NCBI GenBank assembly: GCA_029289325.1
Contig: JARFTV010000002.1
Coordinates: 114,507 to 178,506, forward strand
From: Alphaproteobacteria bacterium
GTDB taxonomy: Bacteria > Pseudomonadota > Alphaproteobacteria > Rhodobacterales > Rhodobacteraceae
Length of the DNA: 64,000 nucleotides
Direction: 5' to 3'
The translations under genes were made by a program, and so were the position numbers. The notes beneath the pieces were generated by a model. The model was not told the DNA's origin. It did no database searches and saw only the letters and a program-made list of their open reading frames with translations. Within the stretch, counting starts at the first letter, position 1, and each line of letters opens with the position of its first letter. This document shows, piece by piece, positions 36,074 to 45,903 of this stretch.

Positions 36074-36512
36074 GGCAGTTCTCCTTCCTGTTGGGTGAAT
36101 GGATGCGGCAGGACGCAGCGCGCAACCTTGCGGTGAGTGAAACCCGAAGGCCCGCCGGAAAGTTCCCGGCACCGACGACATTGCCTGCGGCAGGTGCCTT
36201 CATCGGCGGGAAAGCGCCGCCCGGTCCCGCCTGGGACCGGGGCAGGCCACCGCTATACCTGCGGTTGCGGGGCAGCTCGGGGACGGCAGGACAACCATGA
36301 CCGACCCCGCGGGTCCCCAGCTGCGGGGCAAAGCGGCCACGGGGGAGCAACTTGTTGACGGAACCGTGAAAAAGGGGTGAAGCGGCCAGAACCGCAGGCT
36401 ATAGTGCCGCACAAAGGCAAGACCGGGCCACCATCAGGCAGGACCCGGACGGGACAGGAACCGGGCCAGCGGCCCGCGCAGCCCCTCGACGGGCAAAGGA
36501 ACGGAGGCGACA

Positions 36513-38222
36513 TTGGTCGGCAGATTCATCCTGGGCGCGATCGTCGGCGGGGTCGTGGTGATGGGCGGCCTTGTCATCGGGGCGGCGCTCTTCCCGCCTC
36601 GGGGCGGTGTGGCCGCCAATGCCAATGCCGTTCCCGAGATTGCCCTCACCAAGGCCGAGACGCCACAGACCGCGCCCGAGCCTCCCGCCCTGCCCGACCC
36701 GGAGCCGCAGCCGGTCCCCGCACCTGAACCGGAACCCGAACCCGCGCCGGTCCCCGAACCGGAACCGGCGCCAGTGCCGGAACCCGAGCCGGTTCCTGAA
36801 CCCGAGCCCGAGCCAGCGCCGGAAGCCGCCATCGAAGCCGCACCAGAGGCAGCCAGCGAAACCGAGGCCCCGGCCGCTGAAGCCGGCCCTTCTGACAACG
36901 CCACCGCAGCCCAGACAGAAGCGAACACCGAACCCGCGCCCGACAGCGCAGCGACCCCGCAAGCCGCCGTGGCTGGTGCCGGGTCCCGACTGCGCGAGAC
37001 GCCAGAGGACGAAGCCGCCCCGATAGAAGTCGCCGAGGCCGAGCCACCCGCCGCCCTCAACGCGCCCGAGGCGGTTGCCGAACCGGCCCCCACCGTTGTT
37101 GACGCAGCCCCCGAGGCCCCGGCCCCGCTGGAACTTGCCGAGGCCCTGCCCGAGCCCGCCGCCCCGGTGCAGCCGCCCGCTCCCGAGCCTGTGCCTGCGC
37201 CGCCGGTGGCCGAGGCTCCAGCCGAGGACCCGGTCGATGCCGAGGCAGCCCCGGCCCCGCCCGAAGCCGAGACGCCCGAGCCCGAAGCGCCCCAACCCGC
37301 AGCACCCGAGCCTGCGACCCCCGAGATGGTTCCGCTGCCGGAAGGTCCGGCCGACCGCCTCCCCGGTGCCCTGGCCGCTGACATGCCCGGCAACCGTCCG
37401 ACCGGACTGCCCGGAACAGCCCTCGCCCCTGCCGAGACCGCGCCCGGCTCCGGGTCGACTGGCGTGATCACCGGCCGCCTCCCCCGGATCGGCGACGCAC
37501 CGGCCCCGGCCCCCGAGGCCGAGACCGCCGAAGCCGAGCCCGCCGACGATCGCCCGCTGGCCCGCTTTGCAGCGACCTTCGAGAACCCGGATGCCAAGCC
37601 CGTGGTCGCGCTCATCCTGATCGACACCGGCGCGCCCGACCTTGACCGCGCGGGCCTTGCCGCCCTGCCCTTCCCGGTCAGCTTCGCGCTCGACCCGCTG
37701 GACCCCGCCACGCCCGACCATGCCACGCTCTACCGCGCCGCCGGGAAAGAGGTGGTGATGCTTGCCACCGGCCTGCCCGAGGGCGCACAGGCTTCGGATG
37801 TCGAGGTGGCCTTCCAGTCGATGGCGCAGAACCTGCCCGAGGCGGTGGCGGTGATGGAACTCGCCGCGCCGCTGTTCCAGAACAACCGCCCGCTCGCCAG
37901 CCTCGTGGTGCCGGTGATCCAGGACCAGGGCCGGGGCCTAGTGACCTGGGACGCGGGCCTGAATGCTGCCGATCAGGTGGCCCGGCGCGAGGATGTGCCT
38001 GCTGCCACGCTCTTCCGCGACCTCGCCGCCGGTGGCACTGACCGCTTCGCGCTCCGCCGGACGCTGGAGCGGGTGGTGTTCAAGGCCGGTCAGGACGGGC
38101 GGGTGGCGGTAGCCGCCGAAGCCTCGCCCGAGCTGGTGGCGGGCCTTCTGGAATGGGTGCTCGAAGGCCGCGGGGCGATGGTCGCGCTAGGCCCGGTGAC
38201 GGCGGTCCTGCGGGTGGACTGA
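36513..38222 (+). CDS. Membrane-anchored divergent polysaccharide deacetylase (YibQ/DUF610-like) family protein with a long Pro/Glu/Ala-rich spacer
   Basis: 569 aa. TTG start with GGAGG 5 nt upstream. N-terminal TM helix ([23 protein letters not shown]), about 300 aa of low complexity, and a C-terminal ~230 aa that resembles YibQ-type proteins ([10 protein letters not shown]...[11 protein letters not shown]...). Confidence 0.65.
   Translation: MVGRFILGAIVGGVVVMGGLVIGAALFPPRGGVAANANAVPEIALTKAETPQTAPEPPALPDPEPQPVPAPEPEPEPAPVPEPEPAPVPEPEPVPEPEPEPAPEAAIEAAPEAASETEAPAAEAGPSDNATAAQTEANTEPAPDSAATPQAAVAGAGSRLRETPEDEAAPIEVAEAEPPAALNAPEAVAEPAPTVVDAAPEAPAPLELAEALPEPAAPVQPPAPEPVPAPPVAEAPAEDPVDAEAAPAPPEAETPEPEAPQPAAPEPATPEMVPLPEGPADRLPGALAADMPGNRPTGLPGTALAPAETAPGSGSTGVITGRLPRIGDAPAPAPEAETAEAEPADDRPLARFAATFENPDAKPVVALILIDTGAPDLDRAGLAALPFPVSFALDPLDPATPDHATLYRAAGKEVVMLATGLPEGAQASDVEVAFQSMAQNLPEAVAVMELAAPLFQNNRPLASLVVPVIQDQGRGLVTWDAGLNAADQVARREDVPAATLFRDLAAGGTDRFALRRTLERVVFKAGQDGRVAVAAEASPELVAGLLEWVLEGRGAMVALGPVTAVLRVD
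36697..36822 (+). repeat. Imperfect in-frame tandem (CCN-GAR)n repeats encoding [15 protein letters not shown]...
   Basis: Visible 6-nt periodicity (ccggaaccc/gaaccg/gagccc units) inside the CDS 36513-38222. Confidence 0.7.
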
Positions 38223-38257
38223 GCCCGCGATTGGTCTACGGTCGATCTCCGCCGGGC

Positions 38258-39766
38258 CTAGTTGCCGCGCCCGGCGAAGCGCCCCGCATCTTCGGCCGCG
38301 CGGCGCAGGGCGTTGGATTTGTTGACGGTTTCCTGATACTCGGCCTCGGGGTCGCTGTCATAGACCACGCCCCCGCCCGCCTGGATATACAGCGTCTCGT
38401 CCTTCACCACCGCCGTCCGCAGCGCGATGCAGAAATCCATCTCGCCATTTGCCGCGAAATAGCCCACGCCACCGCCGTAGATCCCGCGCTTCTCGGGCTC
38501 CAGCTCGTCGATGATCTCCATCGCCCGGACCTTGGGCGCGCCCGAGACGGTGCCTGCAGGCAAGCCGGCCAGCAGGGCCGACAAGGCATCCTGCCCCTCC
38601 GCGATCTCGCCCACCACGTTCGACACGATGTGCATCACATGGCTGTAGCGTTCGATGATGAAGGTCTCGGTCGGGCGCACCGTGCCGACCTTGGCCACAC
38701 GGCCCACATCGTTCCGGCCCAGGTCCAGAAGCATCAGATGCTCGGCCCGCTCCTTGGGATCGGCCAGGAGGTCCAACTCCAGCGCCTTGTCCTCCTCGGG
38801 CGTGGCACCCCGTTTCCGGGTCCCGGCAATCGGGCGGATCGTCACCTCCCCATCGCGCAGCCGTACCAGGATTTCGGGGCTGGCCCCCACCACCTGGAAG
38901 CCGCCGAAGTTGAAGAAGAACATGAAGGGCGACGGGTTGGTCCGCCGCAGGCTGCGATAAAGCGCGAAGGGAGGCAGCTTGAAATCCATCGCCCAACGCT
39001 GGCTAGGCACGACCTGGAAGATGTCCCCCGCCCGGATGTATTCCTTCGCCTTCTCGACCGCGGCCTTGTAGCCATCATGCGTGAAGTTCGACCGGGGCGC
39101 ACCCACGGCCGCGGCATCGCCCAGATCCCGCGCCGCGCTTGGTGCCCGGTCCAGATCGCGCAGCGCGTCCATCACCCGCTCGGCCGCCTGTGCATAGGCC
39201 GCCCGCGCCGAGAGGCCCGAGCCGACCCAGGCCGGCGAGACGACCGTCACATCCCCCTTCACCCCGTCCAGCACCGCGATGACCGACGGTCGCATGAGAA
39301 CCGCATCCGGCACGCCCAGCGGATCGGGGTTCACATCCGGCAGGCGCTCCACCAGCCGGATCATGTCATAGCCGAGATAGCCGAAAAGACCCGCCGAGAC
39401 CGCAGGCAGCCCCTCGGGCATGTCGATCCGACATTCCGCGATCAGCGCCCGCAAGGTCTCAAGCGGATGGCCGGGCAGGTCCGCGAAAGCCTGCGGGTCG
39501 AACCGCGCCTCGCGGTTGATCCGGCTCTGCTCGCCCCGGCACTGCCAGATCAGGTCCGGCTTCATGCCGACGATGGAATAACGCCCGCGGACCTCGCCCC
39601 CAGTGACCGATTCCAGCATGAACGTATCCGCCCGGGCATCGCCCAGCTTCAGCATCAGGCTGACCGGAGTATCCAGATCCGCCGCCAGCCGCGCCCAGAC
39701 GATCTGGTTGCGGCCCGCGTTCCAGGCGGCCTCGAACTCGGCGAAAGAGGGGGACAGCTGCATCAC
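38258..39766 (-). CDS. trpE: Anthranilate synthase component I
   Basis: 502 aa. Chorismate-binding C-terminal domain (GGGVGYFAANGEMDFCIALRT). Start overlaps the ppiD-like stop (39763-39766). Confidence 0.9.
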   Translation of the reverse strand: MMQLSPSFAEFEAAWNAGRNQIVWARLAADLDTPVSLMLKLGDARADTFMLESVTGGEVRGRYSIVGMKPDLIWQCRGEQSRINREARFDPQAFADLPGHPLETLRALIAECRIDMPEGLPAVSAGLFGYLGYDMIRLVERLPDVNPDPLGVPDAVLMRPSVIAVLDGVKGDVTVVSPAWVGSGLSARAAYAQAAERVMDALRDLDRAPSAARDLGDAAAVGAPRSNFTHDGYKAAVEKAKEYIRAGDIFQVVPSQRWAMDFKLPPFALYRSLRRTNPSPFMFFFNFGGFQVVGASPEILVRLRDGEVTIRPIAGTRKRGATPEEDKALELDLLADPKERAEHLMLLDLGRNDVGRVAKVGTVRPTETFIIERYSHVMHIVSNVVGEIAEGQDALSALLAGLPAGTVSGAPKVRAMEIIDELEPEKRGIYGGGVGYFAANGEMDFCIALRTAVVKDETLYIQAGGGVVYDSDPEAEYQETVNKSNALRRAAEDAGRFAGRGN

Positions 39767-41637
39767 GGCAGACTCGCGTGGATGGCATTGATCACGCTCT
39801 GGTCCAGCGTCACCCCCGCCTCATTCGTCAGCGCATTGGTGAAGGCGGTGAAGGCATCGGCCGAGATCGCCTGCCGCGCCTGCGCGGCCAGAGCCTCGCG
39901 CAGGGTCTCGGCCTCCTCGCCCTCGGTCTCGGCAAGCTGGATGCTGTCCAGCTTCACGACGGCGACGAAACCGGGCCCCTCGACCACGGAAACCGCGCCC
40001 TCTTCCATCCGGAACACGTCCGCGACCAGATTGTCCGGCGCATTTGCAAGAAAGCCGTCACGGGCGATTTCCGGGGTGACATCGACGATCCCGAAGCTGC
40101 CGATGGCCGCGCCGCCCTCGATCCCGGCCTTGATCTCGGCCGCACGGGCGGCAAGCGCCTCGGCCAGCGCATCCTTGCGCCAGTCGGCGGCCACCGCATC
40201 CCGCGCCTCGTCGAAGGGGATCGGCGCGGCGGGGACGACCTCGTCCAGCCGCAGGGCCACGACGCCACCATCCTCCAGCGGGATCGCCTCGGCGTAATCG
40301 TCAGCCTGCACCGCCTGGGCCGCCTGCCGGAAGGCCGGATAGCCCTCGATCGCCGCCTCGCCCTGCACGCTGGCGACAAAGTCCAGCGTGGCGATTTCCA
40401 GCTGCGCCTCCTCGGCCAGATCCTCCAGCGAGGCCCCTCCGGCCAGAAGGTCATCGACCAGTTCCACCTTGTCGGCGATTGCGCGCCGGGCGGCATCGGT
40501 CTGGATCTCGATCGCCAGCAGCCCGCGCGCCTCATCGAAGGTCGTCTCCTCGGCGGCAAGCACGGCAATCACGCGGAACAGCGCCGGGCCAAGATCGGTC
40601 GGCAGCGGTCCGGCGACCTCGCCCTCCTCGGCGGTAAAGACACCCTCACCCGCCTCGCCCAGTTCATCCCGGGTCATGTCGCCAAGATCGATCGCCTCCA
40701 GCGTCAGGCCCCGCTCGCCCACCAGATCCTCGAAATCCGCGCCCGCGTCGAGCCTTGCCCGCGCCGCATCGGCCGCCGCCTGATCCGGATAGACCAGCCG
40801 CTCGACGATCCGGCGCTCGGGCAGGACGAATTCGTCGATCCGGTCCTCGTACATCTCCTTCAGCAGCGCGTCGTCGACCGGCATGTCCTTGGCGATGGCT
40901 TCGGGCAGAAGCGAGGCATAGGTGATCCGCTTGGCCTCGGGCCGGGTGAAGCGGTCGACATGCGCGTCGTAATGCGCCCGCAGCTCCTCTTCGGTCGGCT
41001 CGGCCAAGGGTTCGGCCAGATCAGCCTCCCCCAGCCGCAGCATCGAGAATCCGCGCCGCTCGCCGATCCACGCGTAGAGCGTGTCGGTCAGCGCATCCGG
41101 GGCGACGAAGCCCCCCACCACCGCGCCCTGCATGAGCTCCCGCGCCACGTCGCGGCGCAGGTTGGTTTCGAACTGCGCCTCGGTCTGGTTGGTCCGGTCC
41201 AGCTGGAAGCGATAGGCGTCGCGGTCGAAGCTGCCCGAGATGCCCTTGAACGCATCCATCTGCATCAGCTCGGTCGCCACCACCTCATCGCCGACCGAAA
41301 GCCCGATCCGCGCGGCTTCGTTGTCCAGCGCGGCGCGGGTGATCAGCCCCTGCAGCACCTGCCGGTCCACCCCGAAGGCCAGCGCCTCCTGGGTCGAGAT
41401 CGGCTGGCCGATCCGCTGCGAGAATTGCGCGACCTGGGTCTGCAAGGCGCGGGCATAATCGTCGGTGGTGATGTCCACATCGCCGACCGAGCCCACCCGC
41501 GTGACCCCGCCCGAGAAGCTGGTGACGCCGAAACCGCCGAGGCCAAGGATCAGCATCGCCATCATCAGCCAGACGGCGGCCTCCTTCACCTTGCCCTTCG
41601 GGCGTTTCACGTCCTCGTGGTCGGGGGTCTTCGCCAT
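39763..41637 (-). CDS. ppiD: Periplasmic chaperone / peptidyl-prolyl isomerase, PpiD-like (SurA N-terminal domain protein)
   Basis: ORF to 41769. The ATG at 41637 (MAKTPDHEDVKRPKGKVKEAAVWLMMAMLILGLGGF) gives an N-terminal membrane anchor followed by a long chaperone-like domain. Confidence 0.75.
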   Translation of the reverse strand: MAKTPDHEDVKRPKGKVKEAAVWLMMAMLILGLGGFGVTSFSGGVTRVGSVGDVDITTDDYARALQTQVAQFSQRIGQPISTQEALAFGVDRQVLQGLITRAALDNEAARIGLSVGDEVVATELMQMDAFKGISGSFDRDAYRFQLDRTNQTEAQFETNLRRDVARELMQGAVVGGFVAPDALTDTLYAWIGERRGFSMLRLGEADLAEPLAEPTEEELRAHYDAHVDRFTRPEAKRITYASLLPEAIAKDMPVDDALLKEMYEDRIDEFVLPERRIVERLVYPDQAAADAARARLDAGADFEDLVGERGLTLEAIDLGDMTRDELGEAGEGVFTAEEGEVAGPLPTDLGPALFRVIAVLAAEETTFDEARGLLAIEIQTDAARRAIADKVELVDDLLAGGASLEDLAEEAQLEIATLDFVASVQGEAAIEGYPAFRQAAQAVQADDYAEAIPLEDGGVVALRLDEVVPAAPIPFDEARDAVAADWRKDALAEALAARAAEIKAGIEGGAAIGSFGIVDVTPEIARDGFLANAPDNLVADVFRMEEGAVSVVEGPGFVAVVKLDSIQLAETEGEEAETLREALAAQARQAISADAFTAFTNALTNEAGVTLDQSVINAIHASLP

Positions 41638-41704
41638 GGGTCTGCCTTCTGGTCCTGTCTGGCCAAGGTGAATAGTGGCTGGGGCGGTGCGCGGCAAGGC
41701 CGCA

Positions 41705-42898
41705 TCAGGGCCGGAAGGCCGCCAGCCTGCGGAACATCTCCGCGATGCCCTGCGCATCGACATTGGCAAAGGCGATCCGGATCTGCCGCTTTCCCGCCTC
41801 CGAACCCTCGGGCTGGAACATCGTCCCCGGCAGCATCAGCAGCGAGGCATCCGAAACCAGCCGCTTGCACAGCTGGTCCGAGGGGATGTCGAATGGATGC
41901 TCGACATAGGCGAAATAGGCCCCGCAGCCCAGAAGCTTCCACCCCTCCAGCGCGGCAAAGCCCCCGGTCATCGCGGTCCGGCGGGCAAGGATCTCGTCCC
42001 GCTCACCCGCGACCCATTGGGTCAGGTTCCGCATCCCCCAAAGCGCGCCGATCTGGCCCAGCTGGCTGGGGCAGATCGCCACCGTGTCGAGGAACTTCTC
42101 CACCTCCGCCAGCCGCGCCGTACCTGCGACGATGCTGCCGACGCGGTGCCCGGTCAGCCGGTAGGCCTTGGAGAAGCTGTAAAGCTGGATCACCGTGTCC
42201 TGCCAGTCGGGATCCAGGAACAGGTCGTGCGGCCGCCCGCCAAGTTCAATCGAATGGCGGCTGTCAAAGTCGCGGTAGGTTTCGTCGATGATCAGCGCAA
42301 GGCCACGCGCCCGGGCCAGGTCGCGGAAGGCCGCGACGGTCTCGGCCGGGTATTCCACGCCGCCGGGGTTGTTCGGCGTGACCAGCACCAGCGCCCTCGT
42401 GCGCGGGGTGATCAGCGCCTCGGCCGCCGTGGCATCCGGGATCAAGGTCGCGCCGCTGTCCAAAGGCACCGCCCGCACGCCGGTCATGTCCAGCCACATC
42501 TTATGATTGAAGTACCAGGGCGTCGGCAGGATCACCTCATCCCCCGCCCCGGCCAGCGTCGCCATCACGGCGCAGAAGGCCTGGTTGCAGCCCTGGGTGA
42601 TCGCCACCTCATGCGGCGCGATTGCCCCGCCATAGGCCGCCGAGAACTGCCGCGCGATCTCTTCCCGCAGCGCGGGCAGGCCCAGCACCGGCCCGTAAAG
42701 ATGCGCCGCCGGGTCGTTCAGCGCGGCCTCCGCCAGCGCCTGCCGCAGACCCATGGGCGGGCTTTCCACCGGGGCGGCCTGGCTGACGTTGATCAGCGGC
42801 CGGTCCGCCGGATGGGTCACACCCTCCAGCCAGCGCCGGGCCTCCATCACCGGAGGGGGCTCGGTCGCGGCGAAAGCCGGGTTCAGGGGCAGGCTCAT
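41705..42898 (-). CDS. Pyridoxal-phosphate-dependent aminotransferase (class I/II)
   Basis: ORF to 43102. The ATG at 42898 (MSLPLNPAF) gives 397 aa. Contains VTPNNPGG and SFSKAY (PLP-lysine) motifs. Confidence 0.8.
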   Translation of the reverse strand: MSLPLNPAFAATEPPPVMEARRWLEGVTHPADRPLINVSQAAPVESPPMGLRQALAEAALNDPAAHLYGPVLGLPALREEIARQFSAAYGGAIAPHEVAITQGCNQAFCAVMATLAGAGDEVILPTPWYFNHKMWLDMTGVRAVPLDSGATLIPDATAAEALITPRTRALVLVTPNNPGGVEYPAETVAAFRDLARARGLALIIDETYRDFDSRHSIELGGRPHDLFLDPDWQDTVIQLYSFSKAYRLTGHRVGSIVAGTARLAEVEKFLDTVAICPSQLGQIGALWGMRNLTQWVAGERDEILARRTAMTGGFAALEGWKLLGCGAYFAYVEHPFDIPSDQLCKRLVSDASLLMLPGTMFQPEGSEAGKRQIRIAFANVDAQGIAEMFRRLAAFRP

Positions 42899-42977
42899 CG
42901 CGGCACCTCCTCGTGCGCTTCGCTTCTCGTCGAAAGCGCCCGCGAGCGGCGAGCGCATGAAATGCGACGAGGAGCCC

Positions 42978-43502
42978 TCAGTCCGACCCGCGCATGGGCT
43001 GGACATATTGCAGCGCCATGTCCCAGGGGAAGAAGATCCAGGTGTCCTGACTGACGCTGGTGATATAGGTATCGGCCTGCTTCTCGCCCTCGGGCTTGGC
43101 ATAGACGCAGGCGAAATGCGCCTTGGGATAAAGGCCCCGGATCAGCTCCAGCGTCTTGCCCGAATCCACCAGGTCATCGACGATCAGCACCCCGGTGCCA
43201 TCGCCCATCAGCTCGGCGTTCGGGGCCTTGATCACCTGCGCCTCGCGCCGCTGGTCCTGCTTGCCGCCGCCCGAGTGATAGGATTTGACCGAAATCGAAT
43301 CCACCATGCGGATGTCCAGCTCGCGGCTGACGATCATCGCCGGGACCAGCCCGCCCCGCGTGATCCCGACGACCGCCTTCCAGGTCCCGCCCTCGCCCGG
43401 TCCCTTGCCGTCCAGCCGCCAGGCGAGCGCGCGGGCGTCGCGGTGGATCTGGTCCCAGCTGACGTGAAATCCCTTTTCATACGGCAGGCGTTCTGCGGAC
43501 AT
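42978..43502 (-). CDS. gpt: Xanthine-guanine phosphoribosyltransferase
   Basis: 174 aa. [18 protein letters not shown] and [13 protein letters not shown] (PRPP motif), and the end FPWDM, match E. coli Gpt. Confidence 0.9.
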   Translation of the reverse strand: MSAERLPYEKGFHVSWDQIHRDARALAWRLDGKGPGEGGTWKAVVGITRGGLVPAMIVSRELDIRMVDSISVKSYHSGGGKQDQRREAQVIKAPNAELMGDGTGVLIVDDLVDSGKTLELIRGLYPKAHFACVYAKPEGEKQADTYITSVSQDTWIFFPWDMALQYVQPMRGSD

Positions 43503-43514
43503 GGGGCAAACCTC

Positions 43515-43703
43515 TCAGATGGCGGCGATCTTGCTCCCCAGCACGGCGAAGAGCCCGCCGAAGCTGCGGTCGGTGACGGTTTTCAGGCTGACATGACCGG
43601 CGCGCGTCCGGTCAGGCGTCCGGGCCAGGCCCCTGCGGGCCGCCATGATCCCGGCAGAGCCCGAAGAGATCGCCGCAAGGACGACCGGGCCCGAAAAGAG
43701 CAT
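43515..43703 (-). CDS. Hypothetical small protein (62 aa), uncertain
   Basis: ATG at 43703, 14 nt after the fabI stop. About 87 percent G/C at third positions, consistent with coding. No Shine-Dalgarno sequence and no family recognised. Confidence 0.25.
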   Translation of the reverse strand: MLFSGPVVLAAISSGSAGIMAARRGLARTPDRTRAGHVSLKTVTDRSFGGLFAVLGSKIAAI

Positions 43704-43717
43704 GACGGCGGCAAGGC

Positions 43718-44548
43718 TCACTGGCCGTTCTCTTTCTTGCCGGTGACCACGTCGATATCCGGCGCGTCGATCGCCTTCATGCCCACGACATGATAGCCGG
43801 CATCGACATGCAGGTTCTCGCCCGTCGTGCCCGAACCGAGGTCGGACAACAGGTAAAGCGCGGCCTTGCCGACCTCTTCCTGCGTGACGTTCCGGCGCAG
43901 CGGGCTGTTCAGCTCGTTCCACTTCATGATGTAGCGGAAGTCGCCGATGCCGCTTGCGGCCAGCGTCTTGATCGGACCCGCGCTGATCGCGTTCACCCGG
44001 ATGCCCTCGCGGCCCAGATCCTCGGCCAGATACTTGACCGAAGCCTCAAGCGCGGCCTTGGCCACGCCCATCACGTTGTAATGCGGCATCACCTTCTCGG
44101 CGCCGTAATAGGTCAGGGTCAGCAGGCTGCCCCCCTGCGGCATCATCGTCGAGGCACGCTGGCAGACCGCCGTGAAGGAATAGACCGAGATGTCCATCGC
44201 CAGCGAGAACCCCGCGCGCGAGGTTTCGGCATAGCGACCCCGCAGCTCGTTCTTGTCGGCAAAGCCGATGGCATGGACCAGAAAATCCAGCTGTCCCCAT
44301 TCCGCCTTCAGCGCCTCGAAAAGCGCATCGATGCTTTCGTCGCTGGCCACGTCACATTCGTAAAGCAAGGGCTTGCCCAGGCTCGCCGCCAAGGGCTCCA
44401 CGCGCTTTTTCAGCTGCTCGCCCTGATAGCTGAAGGCCAGTTCGGCACCCTGCGCGGCCACGGCCTGCGCGATGCCCCAGGCGATGGACTTGTCGTTCGC
44501 AAGCCCCATGATCAGGCCGCGCTTCCCTTGCATCAGTCCGGTTGACAT
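43718..44548 (-). CDS. fabI: Enoyl-[acyl-carrier-protein] reductase (NADH)
   Basis: ORF to 45187. The ATG at 44548 (MSTGLMQGKRGLIMGLANDKSIAWGIA) gives 276 aa with the YNVMGVAKAALE catalytic Tyr/Lys block. Confidence 0.9.
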   Translation of the reverse strand: MSTGLMQGKRGLIMGLANDKSIAWGIAQAVAAQGAELAFSYQGEQLKKRVEPLAASLGKPLLYECDVASDESIDALFEALKAEWGQLDFLVHAIGFADKNELRGRYAETSRAGFSLAMDISVYSFTAVCQRASTMMPQGGSLLTLTYYGAEKVMPHYNVMGVAKAALEASVKYLAEDLGREGIRVNAISAGPIKTLAASGIGDFRYIMKWNELNSPLRRNVTQEEVGKAALYLLSDLGSGTTGENLHVDAGYHVVGMKAIDAPDIDVVTGKKENGQ

Positions 44549-44650
44549 TCCCGACCCCTCGCCCACTTTTTCCATTGGCAATGACGTGTAGGCGAAGAGG
44601 GGCCGCCCTTCAAGGCAGGTCCGAACCGCCAGGGGAAGGAGTTTTCCACC

Positions 44651-45253
44651 ATGGACCGCAGCGGCATCTTCGCGGGCGAAGACCCATTCGCGCTGGCCCG
44701 CGCCTGGCTGGCCGAGGCCGAGAAGACCGAGCCGAACGACCCGAACGCGATCGCGCTGGCCACGGTCGACCCCGAGGGCCTGCCGAACGTCCGCATGGTC
44801 CTGTTGAAGGAGATCGAGGCCGATGCCTTCGTCTTCTACACCAACTACGGCTCGACGAAGGGGCAGGAGATCGACAGCTCGGGCAAGGCGGCCTTCGTGA
44901 TGCACTGGAAGACGCTGCGCCGCCAGATCCGGGTGCGGGGCCTCGTCAGCCGGGAAGAGGGTGCGCAGGCCGACGAATACTTCGCCAGCCGCAGCCTGAA
45001 ATCGCGCCTCGGCGCCTGGGCCAGCCAGCAGTCGCAGCCCCTGTCCTCGCGTGAGGCGCTGATGGCCGAGGCGGCGAAGGTTGCCGTGACCAAGGGCCCG
45101 AATCCGCCGCGCCCGCCGCATTGGGGCGGCTTCCGCATCCGGCCGGTCGAGATCGAATTCTGGGCCGATGGCGCCTTCCGGTTGCACGACAGGTTCCGCT
45201 GGTCGCGCGTCTCGGTGGGCGAAAATTGGCTCGTCCAGCGGTTGAACCCGTAG
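44651..45253 (+). CDS. pdxH: Pyridoxamine 5'-phosphate oxidase
   Basis: 200 aa. Contains [24 protein letters not shown] and the C-terminal EFW..G..RLHDR...R motifs. Confidence 0.9.
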   Translation: MDRSGIFAGEDPFALARAWLAEAEKTEPNDPNAIALATVDPEGLPNVRMVLLKEIEADAFVFYTNYGSTKGQEIDSSGKAAFVMHWKTLRRQIRVRGLVSREEGAQADEYFASRSLKSRLGAWASQQSQPLSSREALMAEAAKVAVTKGPNPPRPPHWGGFRIRPVEIEFWADGAFRLHDRFRWSRVSVGENWLVQRLNP

Positions 45254-45369
45254 AATTGTTCCGTTCTTGTGCCGGATGACGGGTCAAGGCCTTTTTCCGC
45301 TTGAACCCGGCGACATCTTTGCCGCATCTGTGCGCCTCAAGGGCTCATTCTGGGGAGAAGGCTCTGCAC

Positions 45370-45903
45370 ATGATGGAAGACGAAGAGACCATGCAGACCT
45401 TGCATGGTCACGTTAAATGGTTTGATCCCTCCAAGGGTTTTGGTTTCATCGTTTCGGAACACGCCGACTCGGACATCCTTCTGCATGCGAATGTTCTTCG
45501 GAACTTCGGTCAGGGATCCGTTGCGGACGGAGCCGGGATCGTGGTGCGCGTCCAGCGGACGCAACGCGGGGTCCAGGCTGTGGAAGTGGTCAGGATTGAC
45601 CCGCCCGAGGGCGCGGTCTTTCCGCTGGGCGAAGAAGCTGGCCAACTGGTCGGTGAAGATATCCTCGCGCTGGAAATGGAACCTGCGCGGGTCAAGTGGT
45701 TCGACAAGGGCAAGGGCTTCGGCTTTGCCAATGTCTTCGGTCGTTCCGAAGACGTGTTCATCCACGCCGAGGTGCTGCGCGTCTCGGGCTTTGCCGACCT
45801 CACGGCCGGCGAGGCAGTTGCGCTGCGCATCATAGAGGGGCGTCGCGGTCGCATGGCAGTCCAGGTCGTGTCCTGGGAAGCCGCCGCACGGGACAAGCCC
45901 TGA
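45370..45903 (+). CDS. Cold-shock-domain protein with two tandem CSDs
   Basis: Two copies of the KWF(D)xxKGFGF RNP1-like motif (HVKWFDPSKGFGFI and VKWFDKGKGFGFA). Start at 45370 (GGAGAAGG upstream), or alternatively the ATG at 45391. Confidence 0.85.
   Translation: MMEDEETMQTLHGHVKWFDPSKGFGFIVSEHADSDILLHANVLRNFGQGSVADGAGIVVRVQRTQRGVQAVEVVRIDPPEGAVFPLGEEAGQLVGEDILALEMEPARVKWFDKGKGFGFANVFGRSEDVFIHAEVLRVSGFADLTAGEAVALRIIEGRRGRMAVQVVSWEAAARDKP

Noticed and set aside
36074-36512. Assignment of the long intergenic region to a known RNA family (SRP/4.5S, 6S, tmRNA, RNase P)
   Set aside because: I could not find the conserved cores of these RNAs by eye (for example the SRP domain IV GGAA/AGCA motifs or the tmRNA tag ORF). 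The region is kept only as an unexplained structured region in the findings.
36697-36822. Short tandem repeats considered as a possible CRISPR or other non-coding array
   Set aside because: The period is 6 nt, not 28-37 nt repeats with spacers. The repeats are in frame, encode (Pro-Glu)n inside a CDS, and no cas genes are present.
36399-37726. Two overlapping Gly/Ser/Ala/Arg-rich minus-strand ORFs (430-440 aa)
   Set aside because: They are the reverse-complement reading of the Pro/Glu/Ala-rich spacer of the 36513-38222 gene. The plus-strand frame has an RBS, a TM anchor and a recognisable C-terminal domain.
38153-42291. Plus-strand ORFs of 714 aa and 837 aa
   Set aside because: They are antisense to trpE, the ppiD-like gene and the aminotransferase gene. 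They show no motifs and only shadow-frame composition.
43515-43922. 135-aa version of the ORF between gpt and fabI
   Set aside because: Its upstream two-thirds overlap the 3' end of fabI in another frame. Only the last 62 codons lie in intergenic DNA, and these are reported as a low-confidence small ORF.
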